Positions 36,419 through 46,198 of a DNA stretch of 64,000 nt are shown here, in pieces. Source of the stretch: Bacillota bacterium (GTDB taxonomy: Bacteria; Bacillota; Clostridia; Christensenellales; CAG-138); the NCBI GenBank assembly GCA_038562375.1, contig JBCFAY010000009.1, positions 7,448 through 71,447 on the forward strand, read 5' to 3'. The translations under genes were made by a program, and so were the position numbers. Under the pieces are notes generated by a model that saw only the letters and a list, made by a program, of their open reading frames with translations, searched no databases and was not told the DNA's origin. Position 1 is the stretch's first letter. Each line of letters starts with the position of its first letter.

Positions 36419-37936
36419 TCACGCGCTCTCGCTCCTTTTGCCCAGCATCATCAAACCGATCTGCTGCACCGAATCCTCGGTGGCGGGCACCTCGCCCATG
36501 ATCTCGCCCTTGAACAGGACGAGGATGCGGTCGCTGACGGCCAAAAGCTGCGAAATCTCGGTGGATACCAGCAGCACGGCCTTGCCCTCGTCCCGCTCGT
36601 TCACGAGGCGGGCGTGAATGAATTCGATGGCGCCGATGTCCAGGCCGCGGGTAGGATTGCAGGCGATGAGCAATTCGTGCTCGCGCTCCATCTCCCGGGC
36701 GATGACGATCTTCTGCTGGTTGCCGCCGCTCATGTTGCCGGCGCGGGTATCGGGCCCGTTGGCCTTGATGCCGTATCGGCCGATGATCTCTTTCACCCGC
36801 CGGTCGATGAATTTTCCCTGCAGGAATCCCTTCCTGGCGTAAGGCTCCTTCCATCTCTCCTTGAGTATAAAGTTGTCCCGCACCGTGAAGGAGAGGGCCA
36901 GCCCTTCGGTCTGCCGGTTGAAGGGGATATTGGAAACGCCGCTGTCCAAAACGGCTTTGGGTTTTTTACCGGTGATGTCCTTGCCGTTGACGCACACCGT
37001 GCCCGATACCACCGGGATGTGGCCCATTATGGCGCTGATGAGCTCCATCTGTCCGTTGCCGTCCACCCCGGCGATGCCCACCGTTTCCCCGGCGCGCACG
37101 TCGAAGGAGACGCCGTTGACCGCAAGTATGCCGTTGTCCGCCTTCACCTTCAGATCCCGCACCGACAAAACGGTATCCTTGGGGCAGCAGGCCCTGCGCT
37201 CGGGGCAGATGTTCACGTCCCGGCCCACCATCCTGTTGGCCAGATCGTGCTCGGTAGCGCCTTCCGCGGAAGCGGTGCCCATGAAGCGGCCGTCCCGCAG
37301 TATGCTGACCCGGTCGCAGAAGGCCATGACCTCCCGCATCTTGTGGGTGATGAAAATAACGGTGTTGCCCTGCCCCGCCCAGGCGCGCAGCACGGTGAAC
37401 AGTTCGTCCGTCTCCTGCGGGGTCAGCACGGAGGTCGGCTCATCCATGATGAGCACGCTCACGCCCTTATAGAGCGCCTTGACGATTTCCACGCGCTGCT
37501 GGTCTCCCACGCTAAGATCCTGGATCCTGGCGTCGGGATCGAGGCAAAGTCCGGTGCTGTGGGCGATCTCGACCACCCTGGCGCGCGCGGCGGCGGTGTT
37601 GAGGAGCGGTTCGCGCTCGAGCTTCGTACCCAGTATGATGTTCTCGAGCACCGTAAACTTCTGTATCAGCATGAAATGCTGGTGCACCATGCCGATGCCG
37701 TGCCCGATGGCGTCCTGCGGCCCGGAGATCGTCACAGGCTTGCCGTCGATGCGAATGCAGCCCTCGTCGGGATGCAAAAGCCCGTAGAGCATGTTCATAA
37801 GGGTCGTCTTCCCCGCCCCGTTCTCGCCGAGCAGCGCATGGATCTCACCCTTTTTAAAGCCGATGGTCACATCGTCGCAGGCGGTTACGCCGGGAAACCG
37901 CTTGGTGATGTGTTCCATCGAAATGTAGTCGGTCAT
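36419..37936 (-). CDS. ABC transporter ATP-binding protein with duplicated ATPase domains, importer #2
   Basis: GENGAGKTT, LSVGDQQRVEI and LSGGNQQK. 505 aa. Confidence 0.9.
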   Translation of the reverse strand: MTDYISMEHITKRFPGVTACDDVTIGFKKGEIHALLGENGAGKTTLMNMLYGLLHPDEGCIRIDGKPVTISGPQDAIGHGIGMVHQHFMLIQKFTVLENIILGTKLEREPLLNTAAARARVVEIAHSTGLCLDPDARIQDLSVGDQQRVEIVKALYKGVSVLIMDEPTSVLTPQETDELFTVLRAWAGQGNTVIFITHKMREVMAFCDRVSILRDGRFMGTASAEGATEHDLANRMVGRDVNICPERRACCPKDTVLSVRDLKVKADNGILAVNGVSFDVRAGETVGIAGVDGNGQMELISAIMGHIPVVSGTVCVNGKDITGKKPKAVLDSGVSNIPFNRQTEGLALSFTVRDNFILKERWKEPYARKGFLQGKFIDRRVKEIIGRYGIKANGPDTRAGNMSGGNQQKIVIAREMEREHELLIACNPTRGLDIGAIEFIHARLVNERDEGKAVLLVSTEISQLLAVSDRILVLFKGEIMGEVPATEDSVQQIGLMMLGKRSESA

Positions 37937-38090
37937 TTGGATTCCTCCCTCAGGTTCGATGAGGCGGCAGCCACGGGCTGTACGCCCTTTGCCCTGGCTG
38001 GGATCGGGTGTCTGAGGCTGTTTGATCGAACCCCGGCACCCCTGCCAAGTCAGTTGCGGTTTGGTTCGTTGAGCCGTATAAAACCTGTCC

Positions 38091-39812
38091 TTATTCCTGC
38101 ATGAAGTGGAAACGGTGCAGCGAGATAAACAGGCTCAGAAGCTTATTGACCACGGGATCGCCTTGGTTGCGGTTGCCGAGCGTCTCCAGGGCGGCGTCCA
38201 CCTCGGCGGATTTGTCGTGCAGCTCGTTCATGGTCATGTCGGCCATCATGCCGTAGATCTCGGTGGGCAAAACGGCTTTGTTCAACCCGTTCTCGGTGAC
38301 GATGCAGGCGCCGGAGTACCTGTCGACTTCTTTGGCGCAGCAGCACATTTCGCCGCTTTCCTGGCCCACCACCACAAGATAGGGCACCGGGACCGGGAAG
38401 GCGGTGGCCACCGCGCCGCTGTTTACATACACGCCCTTGAAGAAGCCGTTGATGATGTGGCGGCTGCCGTCTTTCTTATAGCGGCGGATGACGCTGATGC
38501 GGGCCAGTTTTTCACCCTCATATTCGGGCACGATCGCGCCGTTCCTTACAGGGAGCCAGATTTCCTGATAGAACTTGGCGTGGCCGCGGCCATACACATC
38601 GAACAGATAGACCTTTGCTTTGGTACCGTCCTCGCTCATCTCGATTGGTGATACGTTTAACTGATCGGCAGTTAAATCTTCCAGGCCCGGGATACCCTTT
38701 TTGCGCATAGCGGAGTAGTCGATATCGGTGTTTTTGAGCAGCTTCTTTTCCTTGGCAATCAGTTCGCCGTCCTTGAAGACATAGAGAGGATTGATGTCGG
38801 AAAGGCTGTCGGTAAGGACGATATCGGCAAAGCGGCCGGGGGTCAAAGAGCCGATCTTATCATCCATGCGGTGGTAGCGGGCGGTGTTCAAAGTCGCCAT
38901 CTTGATGGCCTTGATGGGGCTCATTCCCATTTTGGCACAGTAGGAAATGATCCAGCCCATGTGACCTTGTTTGAGCAGACGATCCATGGAGATGTTGTCG
39001 GTGCACAGCAGAAAATTTTCCTCAGGAAACTTGTGTTTAATGATGGCGGATATCAGGGTTTCGATGACTTCGGGGCTGCCCACGCCGAACTTGATCTGGG
39101 TGGCGTAGCCATAGCGGATGCTCTTGGCGATGTCCTCAGCGTTCCATACGTCGTGGTTGTTTGTGCTGCCGATGGCCGGCAGGAAGTTCAGTTCCATGTC
39201 GCTGAGGGTGGTGACTCCCCAGTGGCTGTTGATGAAGCCGCCCTTTTCCCGCGCCCAGGCCGCCTTTTGGAAATCCTCCTCGTTGCCGCTGCTGTAGGAG
39301 AAGTGCTCGAACTCCCCAAGGCCGATGAAGGGCTCCATGTCTAAAAGCTCTTTGGTGATGCCGGCAGCCACTTTTTTGCCGGGGGCAAAAGCAAAGATGC
39401 GGTATGGCAGCCTTTGGTAATCCTTGAACAGTACCCTGGCCGCCTCAACACCCTCTTCACCGGCGGCGCCGATGAGATCGAGGCACTCGGCAAAGATAGT
39501 GGTGGTGCCGTTTGGAACAATGGCCTCGGCCAAAGCGGTGGGGTTTACCAGTTGAGACTCGAAGTGGAAGTGCGCGTCGATCAGGCCGGGAATGGCGAAC
39601 AGCCCCTGGCCGTCGAACGTCTCGCGCGCTTTGGCGATCGTTTCGTCCGGGTTGAGCGCGACGATTTTGCCGCCGTGTATGAGCAGCGACCCTTTATAGG
39701 TCGTTTCCCCGTGCACGTCCAGCACGACGATGTTCTTTATCAGAAGATCGGCCTGATGCCGGCCATGCAGGATCTCAAAGATCTCACGGACTTTTTGCAG
39801 CTCTGTGCTCAT
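38091..39812 (-). CDS. Adenine-deaminase-family amidohydrolase (divergent; substrate uncertain)
   Basis: 573 aa, the size of Ade. The N-terminal beta-sandwich is followed by PGLIDAHFHFESQ (the HxHxE metal motif of the adenine deaminase family). Confidence 0.62.
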   Translation of the reverse strand: MSTELQKVREIFEILHGRHQADLLIKNIVVLDVHGETTYKGSLLIHGGKIVALNPDETIAKARETFDGQGLFAIPGLIDAHFHFESQLVNPTALAEAIVPNGTTTIFAECLDLIGAAGEEGVEAARVLFKDYQRLPYRIFAFAPGKKVAAGITKELLDMEPFIGLGEFEHFSYSSGNEEDFQKAAWAREKGGFINSHWGVTTLSDMELNFLPAIGSTNNHDVWNAEDIAKSIRYGYATQIKFGVGSPEVIETLISAIIKHKFPEENFLLCTDNISMDRLLKQGHMGWIISYCAKMGMSPIKAIKMATLNTARYHRMDDKIGSLTPGRFADIVLTDSLSDINPLYVFKDGELIAKEKKLLKNTDIDYSAMRKKGIPGLEDLTADQLNVSPIEMSEDGTKAKVYLFDVYGRGHAKFYQEIWLPVRNGAIVPEYEGEKLARISVIRRYKKDGSRHIINGFFKGVYVNSGAVATAFPVPVPYLVVVGQESGEMCCCAKEVDRYSGACIVTENGLNKAVLPTEIYGMMADMTMNELHDKSAEVDAALETLGNRNQGDPVVNKLLSLFISLHRFHFMQE

Positions 39813-39824
39813 TGGGTTACTCCT

Positions 39825-40838
39825 TTAACATCCGACCTTGACGGCGGACGGCATTAATGTGCTCTCCCTTTTCAGCAGGGAAGGCTCAATCACGGTTAAC
39901 GGCTCAAACGGGCGGCCTTCGATCTGCGCGAGCATCAGCTCCGCCCCGCGCACGCCAAGCTCGTGGTTCTTCAGATCGACGCCGGTCAGTTCCGGCACGG
40001 TGATCGACGAAATCACCGAATTGCCGAGGCCGATCACGCCGATCTGCTCCGGGATGCGTTTCCCCCGGCGGACAAGCGCCTTTGTCAAACGCGCGGCAAG
40101 TATTTCGTTGAGCACGAACACGCCGTCGACCTCCTGCGCCTCCAATTGGTTCAGGCACGCGTCGGACTGTGAAAGGCCGTGTTCGGCGTACACAAGCAGC
40201 GGCTCGTCGAGCCCCGCGGCAAGCGCAGGCACGGAAAAACGCGAGCGGTGCCGGGCGATGAGCGCCTCGTCGCTCAGCTGATGCACCAATGCGAGGCGGC
40301 GCTTGCCGGTGTCGACCAGATGCGCTGCGGCAAGCTCGCTCGCGCGGAAGAAATCCGGGTAAATGACGGGGCATCCATCCGGCTTGACGACCCGGTTCAT
40401 ATACACGGCGGGAATGCCGCGGTCGAGCAGCATATGGAGCGATTCCCGGAAGGAATAATCCTGCGACTGCCCCATGAAAATGACGCCCGCCACCATGTTC
40501 TCGCGCATGGACATCAGGATCTCCTGCTCGGTACGTTCCGCATTGCCCACCTCGAAAATAAAGAGGTTGTAGTGGCTCTGAAGCAGCCGCTGGCTGATGC
40601 CCGCCGTCATCTCGGAATAGTACATGTTGTTGATGCGGGGAAGGATCACCGCGACGTTCTGCGTGCGGTTGCGCTTGAGGGATTGGGCGACCATGTTGGG
40701 GACATAGCCGAGCTCGTCGATTGCCTTGAGTATGCGTTCCTCGGTTTGCTTTTTGACCACGATGTTGTTGTTCAGGTACCGGGAAACGGTGCATATGCTC
40801 ACATTGGCATGCTTGGCAATATCCTTGATGGTCGGCAT
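39825..40838 (-). CDS. LacI/PurR-family transcriptional regulator
   Basis: ORF 39825..40853. I moved the start to ATG 40838 (MPTIKDIAKHANVSICTVSRYLNN). Periplasmic-binding-protein-like effector domain. Confidence 0.88.
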   Translation of the reverse strand: MPTIKDIAKHANVSICTVSRYLNNNIVVKKQTEERILKAIDELGYVPNMVAQSLKRNRTQNVAVILPRINNMYYSEMTAGISQRLLQSHYNLFIFEVGNAERTEQEILMSMRENMVAGVIFMGQSQDYSFRESLHMLLDRGIPAVYMNRVVKPDGCPVIYPDFFRASELAAAHLVDTGKRRLALVHQLSDEALIARHRSRFSVPALAAGLDEPLLVYAEHGLSQSDACLNQLEAQEVDGVFVLNEILAARLTKALVRRGKRIPEQIGVIGLGNSVISSITVPELTGVDLKNHELGVRGAELMLAQIEGRPFEPLTVIEPSLLKRESTLMPSAVKVGC

Positions 40839-41151
40839 CGCAGTCCCCTCCATGATAAAGTTGAACCTTGTGAATCGTATTAGTGAAACGTTTAAGTTTT
40901 ATGTTGAATATTATTCTATATGCTTTTTGCAATTCCTGCAAGAGGCAAAAATTTTTTAAAACTGTTTTATGAAGGGTATAGGTAATAAAGAAGATATACG
41001 GCTTTGCGCAGCCTTTGCCTGGGGTCCTTAAATATCCCTCTTTTTGCCCAACCGCTCCGGATACCGCCCATAAATGCACGATACCTGAGATCGCCGAACT
41101 CCCAATCATTCGCTTTGCACATTTTACTAAAAATATTTTACTTCTTTATTA

Positions 41152-41180
41152 TTGACACTGATTTCAAATGGTATTATGAT
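41152..41180 (+). promoter_or_regulatory. Sigma-A type promoter of importer #3 and the amidohydrolase operon
   Basis: TTGACA (41152-41157), a 17-nt spacer, then TATGAT (41175-41180). Confidence 0.6.
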
Positions 41181-41194
41181 TAGCGCATCAAGTC

Positions 41195-41216
41195 ATAGGA
41201 CGGTCGACAGTCCTAT
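41195..41216. promoter_or_regulatory. 22-bp near-perfect palindrome (candidate LacI-family operator)
   Basis: ATAGGACgGTCGACaGTCCTAT has 7-bp perfect outer arms around a GTCGAC core. It starts 15 nt downstream of the -10 element. Confidence 0.5.
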
Positions 41217-41356
41217 AAATTTAACCGTATCAGCAAAGCCAATCATTCAGTCCCCTTTTATATCCCGGCAGAAGGGAGGAAGGCCGCCAGCCATATGTTT
41301 CTTTTGCAACTGCGCTAATCTCAAGATTTATCAATTCAAGAAAGAAGGATCGTTTC

Positions 41357-42442
41357 ATGAAGAAGGCAAAAATTGCGCTCTGCTTGGTTCTTCCCATTTT
41401 AATGCTGTTCTCCCTCTGGGGATGCGCACAGCAGCCCGCCCAAGCGCCGGAAAACAGCCAAACGCAGGCCACTTCCGGACAGGCAGAAACGCCGGCCGGA
41501 GCTTCCGAGAAAATCCGCGTCGCGCTGGTACTGCCCGGCTCGCTCAACGACGGCGGCTGGAACGCCAACGCCTACGCGGGATTGATGTCGCTGCAGGGCA
41601 AGGGATACGAGGTCGCTTTTACTGAAAATGTAGCCATTTCCGCCATCGAGGAAGCGCTCAACAACTATGCGTCAAAAGGATACGATCTCATCGTCGGCCA
41701 TGGTTTTGAGTTCGGCGAGCCCACGTTGCGCGTTGCGCCGCAGTATCCGGAGGTACATTTCTTCGTCAGCGGGAAAGTCCCCGACGGCGTTGACGTCAAC
41801 GCGCTGCCGGCCAATGTCGGGTTCATGGATATGAAGGAATATGAAGCGGCATATTTGGCCGGTATCGTAGCCGGCGGCATGACCAAGAGCAACGTCATCG
41901 GGTATATCGCAGGCTTGGAAATCCCGTCGCAGCTTTCCAATATGGCCGGTTTTGTGAAGGGTGTCGCCTCCATCAACCCGAACGCAAAGGTTTACGGCGT
42001 GGTAACCGGTTCGTTTGAAGATCCCGCCAAAGGTCAGGAGGCCGCGAATGCCCAGATCGATATGGGCGCCGACATCATCTGCCATTCCGCCGACTCTACC
42101 GGCATGGGCGCCATTCAGGCGGCCGCGGAAAAAGGCGTTTATATCGTCGGGTATGGCAGCGATCAGAATGATATCCAGCCGGATCTGGTGCTGACCTCCT
42201 TCATCACGAAGAACTCCGAGGTGATCGAAATGCAGGTGGCGCGCATCGAGCAAGGTACGTTCGGCGGCCTGTGGACGCCCGGCATCGCGGACGGGATCTG
42301 CTACATTGCCCCGTATCACGGCTTGGAGGGCGTCATACCCGCTAACGTGAAAGCCGCCGTGGAGGATGCAACGGCCAAGATCATCTCCGGCGAGCTGGTC
42401 GTGCCCGCCATTTACGAGCGCATCGACGAAAAAATCGGCTGA
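41357..42442 (+). CDS. BMP-family ABC substrate-binding lipoprotein, importer #3
   Basis: Lipobox LWGCA and the signature VALVLPGSLNDGGWN. Confidence 0.88.
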   Translation: MKKAKIALCLVLPILMLFSLWGCAQQPAQAPENSQTQATSGQAETPAGASEKIRVALVLPGSLNDGGWNANAYAGLMSLQGKGYEVAFTENVAISAIEEALNNYASKGYDLIVGHGFEFGEPTLRVAPQYPEVHFFVSGKVPDGVDVNALPANVGFMDMKEYEAAYLAGIVAGGMTKSNVIGYIAGLEIPSQLSNMAGFVKGVASINPNAKVYGVVTGSFEDPAKGQEAANAQIDMGADIICHSADSTGMGAIQAAAEKGVYIVGYGSDQNDIQPDLVLTSFITKNSEVIEMQVARIEQGTFGGLWTPGIADGICYIAPYHGLEGVIPANVKAAVEDATAKIISGELVVPAIYERIDEKIG

Positions 42443-42463
42443 TAGGCCGTGGTTGAAGGAGAT

Positions 42464-42486
42464 CCGGCGCGGCCAAGCCGCGCCGG
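42464..42486 (+). other. Intercistronic GC hairpin after the binding-protein gene
   Basis: CCGGCGCGGC-caa-GCCGCGCCGG is a 10-bp stem with no T-run after it. Confidence 0.5.
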
Positions 42487-42507
42487 TACCCGAGAACAGG
42501 AGGACAT

Positions 42508-44049
42508 ATGTCGTCATCCGATATTCTTGAAATGAAGAACATCACGAAGCGTTTCGGCAGCATGCTTGCAAACGACGAGGTGAGCATTCATGTCCGGGAG
42601 GGGGAGATCCTCGCGCTGCTGGGCGAAAACGGCGCCGGGAAAAGCACCCTGATGAATATCTTATACGGCTTGTATAAGCCCACTTCCGGCACGATTTACT
42701 GGAAGGGCAAACCGGTCGTCATCGACAGTCCGATCAAAGCCATCCGTATGGGCATCGGCATGGTGCATCAGCATTTTATGCTGATCCCCGCCCTCAAAAC
42801 TTGGGAAAACGTGGTCTTGGGGCTGGGCGACGAGCAAAAACACATCCTCCATCCGGAGATTGCAAAAGAGAAGATTCTAAAGATCGCGGCGGATTACAAA
42901 TTGCAGATCAATCCGGATGCAAGGATCAACACCCTATCCGTAGGCCTGCAGCAGCAGGTGGAGATCTTGAAGGTACTCTATCGGGGCTCCAGCTTGCTCA
43001 TACTCGACGAACCGACCGGCGTTTTGACGCCGCCGGAGAAGGAAAAGCTGTTCGGAACGCTCAAAAGCCTGGCGCAAAGCGGGCTCTCGGTGATATTCAT
43101 CTCGCACAAGCTGGATGAGGTGATGGAGATCAGCGACCGGGTAAGCGTGCTCTGCCGCGGAAAGAACGTGGCCACGGTCGATACGAAGGATATGACCAAA
43201 GAACGCCTGGCAAGGCTGATGGTAGGCAGAGACGTGGTCTTTACCGTGGAAAAAAACGCTGTGCAGCAAAGCGGCGAAACCATATTGGACATAGAGGACC
43301 TCTGTGTGAACGGCGAACGGCTGGCTTCGACGCTCCAGTCGATCAGCATGCGCATCCGCAGCGGCGAGATCTACGGCGTTGCCGGAGTCGACGGAAACGG
43401 CCAGAGCGAACTGATGGAATCGATCGCCGGGCTGCGAAAAGTATGCAAAGGCTGCATCCGTATCGACGGGAAGGATGTAACCAACGCGACGCCTGCCCAG
43501 GTCATCGATTGCCGCACCGCTTTCATCCCGGAAGACCGCAAGCAGGTGGGCACGGTAAAGAGCTTCGGGATCGAGAAAAACATGATCCTAAGGGATATCG
43601 ACAACCCGAGTCATACCCGGTATGGACTCATCGATTATAAAAAACTGCGCGACGAAGCGGATAAAGTCATCGAGGAATACGATATCCGTTTCCTGGAACG
43701 GGAATCCCCGGTCGGCCTGCTTTCCGGGGGCAACCTGCAAAAGGTCATCCTGTCGCGTGAACTTCGCTCCAACCCCAGGCTGCTGCTGGCGATGCATCCG
43801 ACCCGCGGCCTCGACGTGGGAGCAATCGAATTCATCCATAAAAAGCTGTTGGAGGCCCGCGGCCGCGGCGCGGCGATTTTGCTGATTTCTTCCGAACTCG
43901 AGGAGATCATGTCCCTTTCCGACCGCGTGGTGGTGATCTGCAACGGGAAAATATCCCGGGAGCTTGCGGCAAGCGATGTTACCATCGAGAACATCGGCAT
44001 GCTCATGGGCGGCGAAAATGCCGTATGCGGGGAGGAAAGCCATGCTTAA
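42508..44049 (+). CDS. ABC transporter ATP-binding protein with duplicated ATPase domains, importer #3
   Basis: GENGAGKST, LSVGLQQQVEI and LSGGNLQK. 513 aa. Confidence 0.9.
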   Translation: MSSSDILEMKNITKRFGSMLANDEVSIHVREGEILALLGENGAGKSTLMNILYGLYKPTSGTIYWKGKPVVIDSPIKAIRMGIGMVHQHFMLIPALKTWENVVLGLGDEQKHILHPEIAKEKILKIAADYKLQINPDARINTLSVGLQQQVEILKVLYRGSSLLILDEPTGVLTPPEKEKLFGTLKSLAQSGLSVIFISHKLDEVMEISDRVSVLCRGKNVATVDTKDMTKERLARLMVGRDVVFTVEKNAVQQSGETILDIEDLCVNGERLASTLQSISMRIRSGEIYGVAGVDGNGQSELMESIAGLRKVCKGCIRIDGKDVTNATPAQVIDCRTAFIPEDRKQVGTVKSFGIEKNMILRDIDNPSHTRYGLIDYKKLRDEADKVIEEYDIRFLERESPVGLLSGGNLQKVILSRELRSNPRLLLAMHPTRGLDVGAIEFIHKKLLEARGRGAAILLISSELEEIMSLSDRVVVICNGKISRELAASDVTIENIGMLMGGENAVCGEESHA

Positions 44050-45127
44050 GCTTAAAAAAAGAGGAAAGGGTTCCCCGAACCCATTGCTGGAAAACGGCGA
44101 GATCATCGCCATATCGATCGTCGCCGCGTTTCTGGTAAGCATCGTATTCGTCCTTGCGCTGGGCGAGAACCCTTTCGCGGCGTACAGCTCCATGCTGCAA
44201 GCGTTGGGAAAACGCTACGGTCTGGCCGAAACCGTCGCCAAAGCAACGCCGCTGATCATCATCAGCCTCGGCCTCACGCTGGCGCTTCGGGGAGGCCTTT
44301 CCAACCTGGGCGGCGACGGACAATTCTATATGGGCGCCATCGCCTCGGTCTGCGTCGGTCTTTACCTCCCCGCCGGCTGGCCGAAACTGCTGATCTGGAT
44401 CCTCGCTTTCGCGATCGGGGCCGCTGCAGGCGGCCTGTGGGGGGCTCTGGCGGGCTACCTAAGGGCGCGCTTCAACACCAGCGAGGTCATCATCACCATA
44501 ATGCTCAACTATGTGGCACTCTATATCGTGGGATTTCTGGTGCACGGGCCGCTGCAGGCGCCGGGCGGCATCCCGCAGACCAGAGCCCTGCCGGTTGGGC
44601 TGCAATTCCCCAAGCTCCTGGAGGGTACCCGGGCGCACACGGGCATACTCGTCGGATTGCTGGCCGCGCTGCTCGTTTGGTTTATCTTTCGCCGCACAAC
44701 CCTCGGCTACCGCATCCAGGCGGTCGGTGAAGCGCCAAAAGCCGCCCAATACGGCGGCATCCATACCAAGTGGTATATGGTCGTCATCATGGGCATCAGC
44801 GGAGCTTTCGCCGGCATCGCGGGCATGGTGGAGGTCTACGGCGTGCACTACAGGGTGCTCGAAGGAATCACCTCCAGCTTCGGCTTTACCGCGCTGTTGA
44901 TCGCTTTGCTCGCCAAACTCAATCCCCTCGGCGCGGTGCTGGGGAGCCTCTTCATCAGCGCTTTGACGGTGGGGGCCAACTCCATGCAGATCGATATGAA
45001 CGTGCCCACCAGCATCGTCAACGTGGTGCAAAGCCTGATCATTTTCTTCATGCTGGTCATGCCCAAAATCAAGACGGACTTCATGGAACGGATCAAAAAC
45101 GCCGGGCGGATCGGAGGTCAGCCATAA
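44042..45127 (+). CDS. ABC transporter permease, importer #3
   Basis: ORF 43964..45127. I moved the start to ATG 44042 (MLKLKKRGKG), which has GGAGG 6 nt upstream and an 8-nt overlap with the ATPase stop. Confidence 0.85.
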   Translation: MLKLKKRGKGSPNPLLENGEIIAISIVAAFLVSIVFVLALGENPFAAYSSMLQALGKRYGLAETVAKATPLIIISLGLTLALRGGLSNLGGDGQFYMGAIASVCVGLYLPAGWPKLLIWILAFAIGAAAGGLWGALAGYLRARFNTSEVIITIMLNYVALYIVGFLVHGPLQAPGGIPQTRALPVGLQFPKLLEGTRAHTGILVGLLAALLVWFIFRRTTLGYRIQAVGEAPKAAQYGGIHTKWYMVVIMGISGAFAGIAGMVEVYGVHYRVLEGITSSFGFTALLIALLAKLNPLGAVLGSLFISALTVGANSMQIDMNVPTSIVNVVQSLIIFFMLVMPKIKTDFMERIKNAGRIGGQP

Positions 45128-45128
45128 T

Positions 45129-46076
45129 ATGGAACTGATATTCTCGAAAGTATTCATCGTGACCTTGCTCGCCGCGGGCATTCGGATGGCTATGCCGATC
45201 CTGCTGGCGGCCACAGGCGAAATCTATGCGGAGCGTTCCGGCATGCTCAACATCAACCTGGAAGGACAAATGCTGATGGGCGCGTTCGTATCCTTCGTCG
45301 TGGGATACTATACCGGCAGCATGCCGCTGGCGCTGATCTCGGGCATGCTGGCCGGGATCCTGACGGCGCTTTTGATGGCGGTGGCCTGTATCACATGGAA
45401 TGCGCAGCACGTCGTGGCCGGCATCACCCTCAACATGTTCGCCTTGGGCGTGACCAGCTTTTGGTACCGGGTCATCTACGGCGTAACCACCAATCCCCCC
45501 AAGGTGGATATCGTAGGCTCCGGCACACAGCCGCTCCCGCTGCTTTCGCAGATCCCCATCGTGGGGGATATCCTCTTCAATCAAAACTATCTCTTTTACG
45601 CATCGATCATCATCGTGGCGATTTCCTTCTTCCTGATCTTCCGGACGCAGTTCGGACTCAAGCTCAGGGCGGCGGGCGAATATCCCCGCGCCGCGGAAAC
45701 CATGGGCGTGAATGTGAAGCATATGCGCTATTATTCGATGATTTTCTGCGGCGCGCTGGCGGGGCTCGGCGGCACGTTCCTCTCGCTGATCTCCCTGAGC
45801 CGTTTTGTGGACAACATCACGGCAAGCCGCGGCTTCATCGCCCTTGCGATCGTCATATTCGGCAAATGGAACCCCTGGCTGGTATTTGCGGCGTCCCTGC
45901 TGTTCGGCACCACCGACGCGCTGCAGCTCCGCCTGCAGGCGGTCGGGGTGGACGTATCGTATCACTTCATGCTGATGCTGCCCTATGTGCTCACGATATT
46001 GGTCATGGTGTTGACGGCCAAACGTTCCCAAAGCCCCGCCGCGCTTGGACAGAATTATGAGCGCGAAGCGCTTTAG
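45129..46076 (+). CDS. ABC transporter permease, importer #3
   Basis: 315-aa polytopic protein that starts 1 nt after the preceding stop. Confidence 0.85.
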   Translation: MELIFSKVFIVTLLAAGIRMAMPILLAATGEIYAERSGMLNINLEGQMLMGAFVSFVVGYYTGSMPLALISGMLAGILTALLMAVACITWNAQHVVAGITLNMFALGVTSFWYRVIYGVTTNPPKVDIVGSGTQPLPLLSQIPIVGDILFNQNYLFYASIIIVAISFFLIFRTQFGLKLRAAGEYPRAAETMGVNVKHMRYYSMIFCGALAGLGGTFLSLISLSRFVDNITASRGFIALAIVIFGKWNPWLVFAASLLFGTTDALQLRLQAVGVDVSYHFMLMLPYVLTILVMVLTAKRSQSPAALGQNYEREAL

Positions 46077-46198
46077 GATTTCTCGGCCGGCAATCGATTC
46101 CCGAACGAGGAGGTATGCCGCCTACGCTGCGAATAGGCAAATATGTTAGGTGTCCATATCAAAAAACCAAATTTTAATTCAATATAGGAGTGAAAACC

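Noticed and set aside
36341-38104. 587-aa plus-strand ORF opposite the importer #2 ATPase. The same applies to 14136-15539(+), 6354-7385(-), 8207-9229(-), 46262-47431(-), 39904-41109(-) and 45093-46031(-)
   Set aside because: All are antisense or out-of-frame shadows of confidently identified genes. None has a plausible RBS or a domain signature.
46115-46177. 20-codon mini-ORF (MPPTLRIGKYVRCPYQKTKF) in the spacer before the enamidase-like gene
   Set aside because: The GAGGAGG lies only 1 nt from the ATG, which is too close for a functional Shine-Dalgarno. There is no conservation evidence. It is probably fortuitous.
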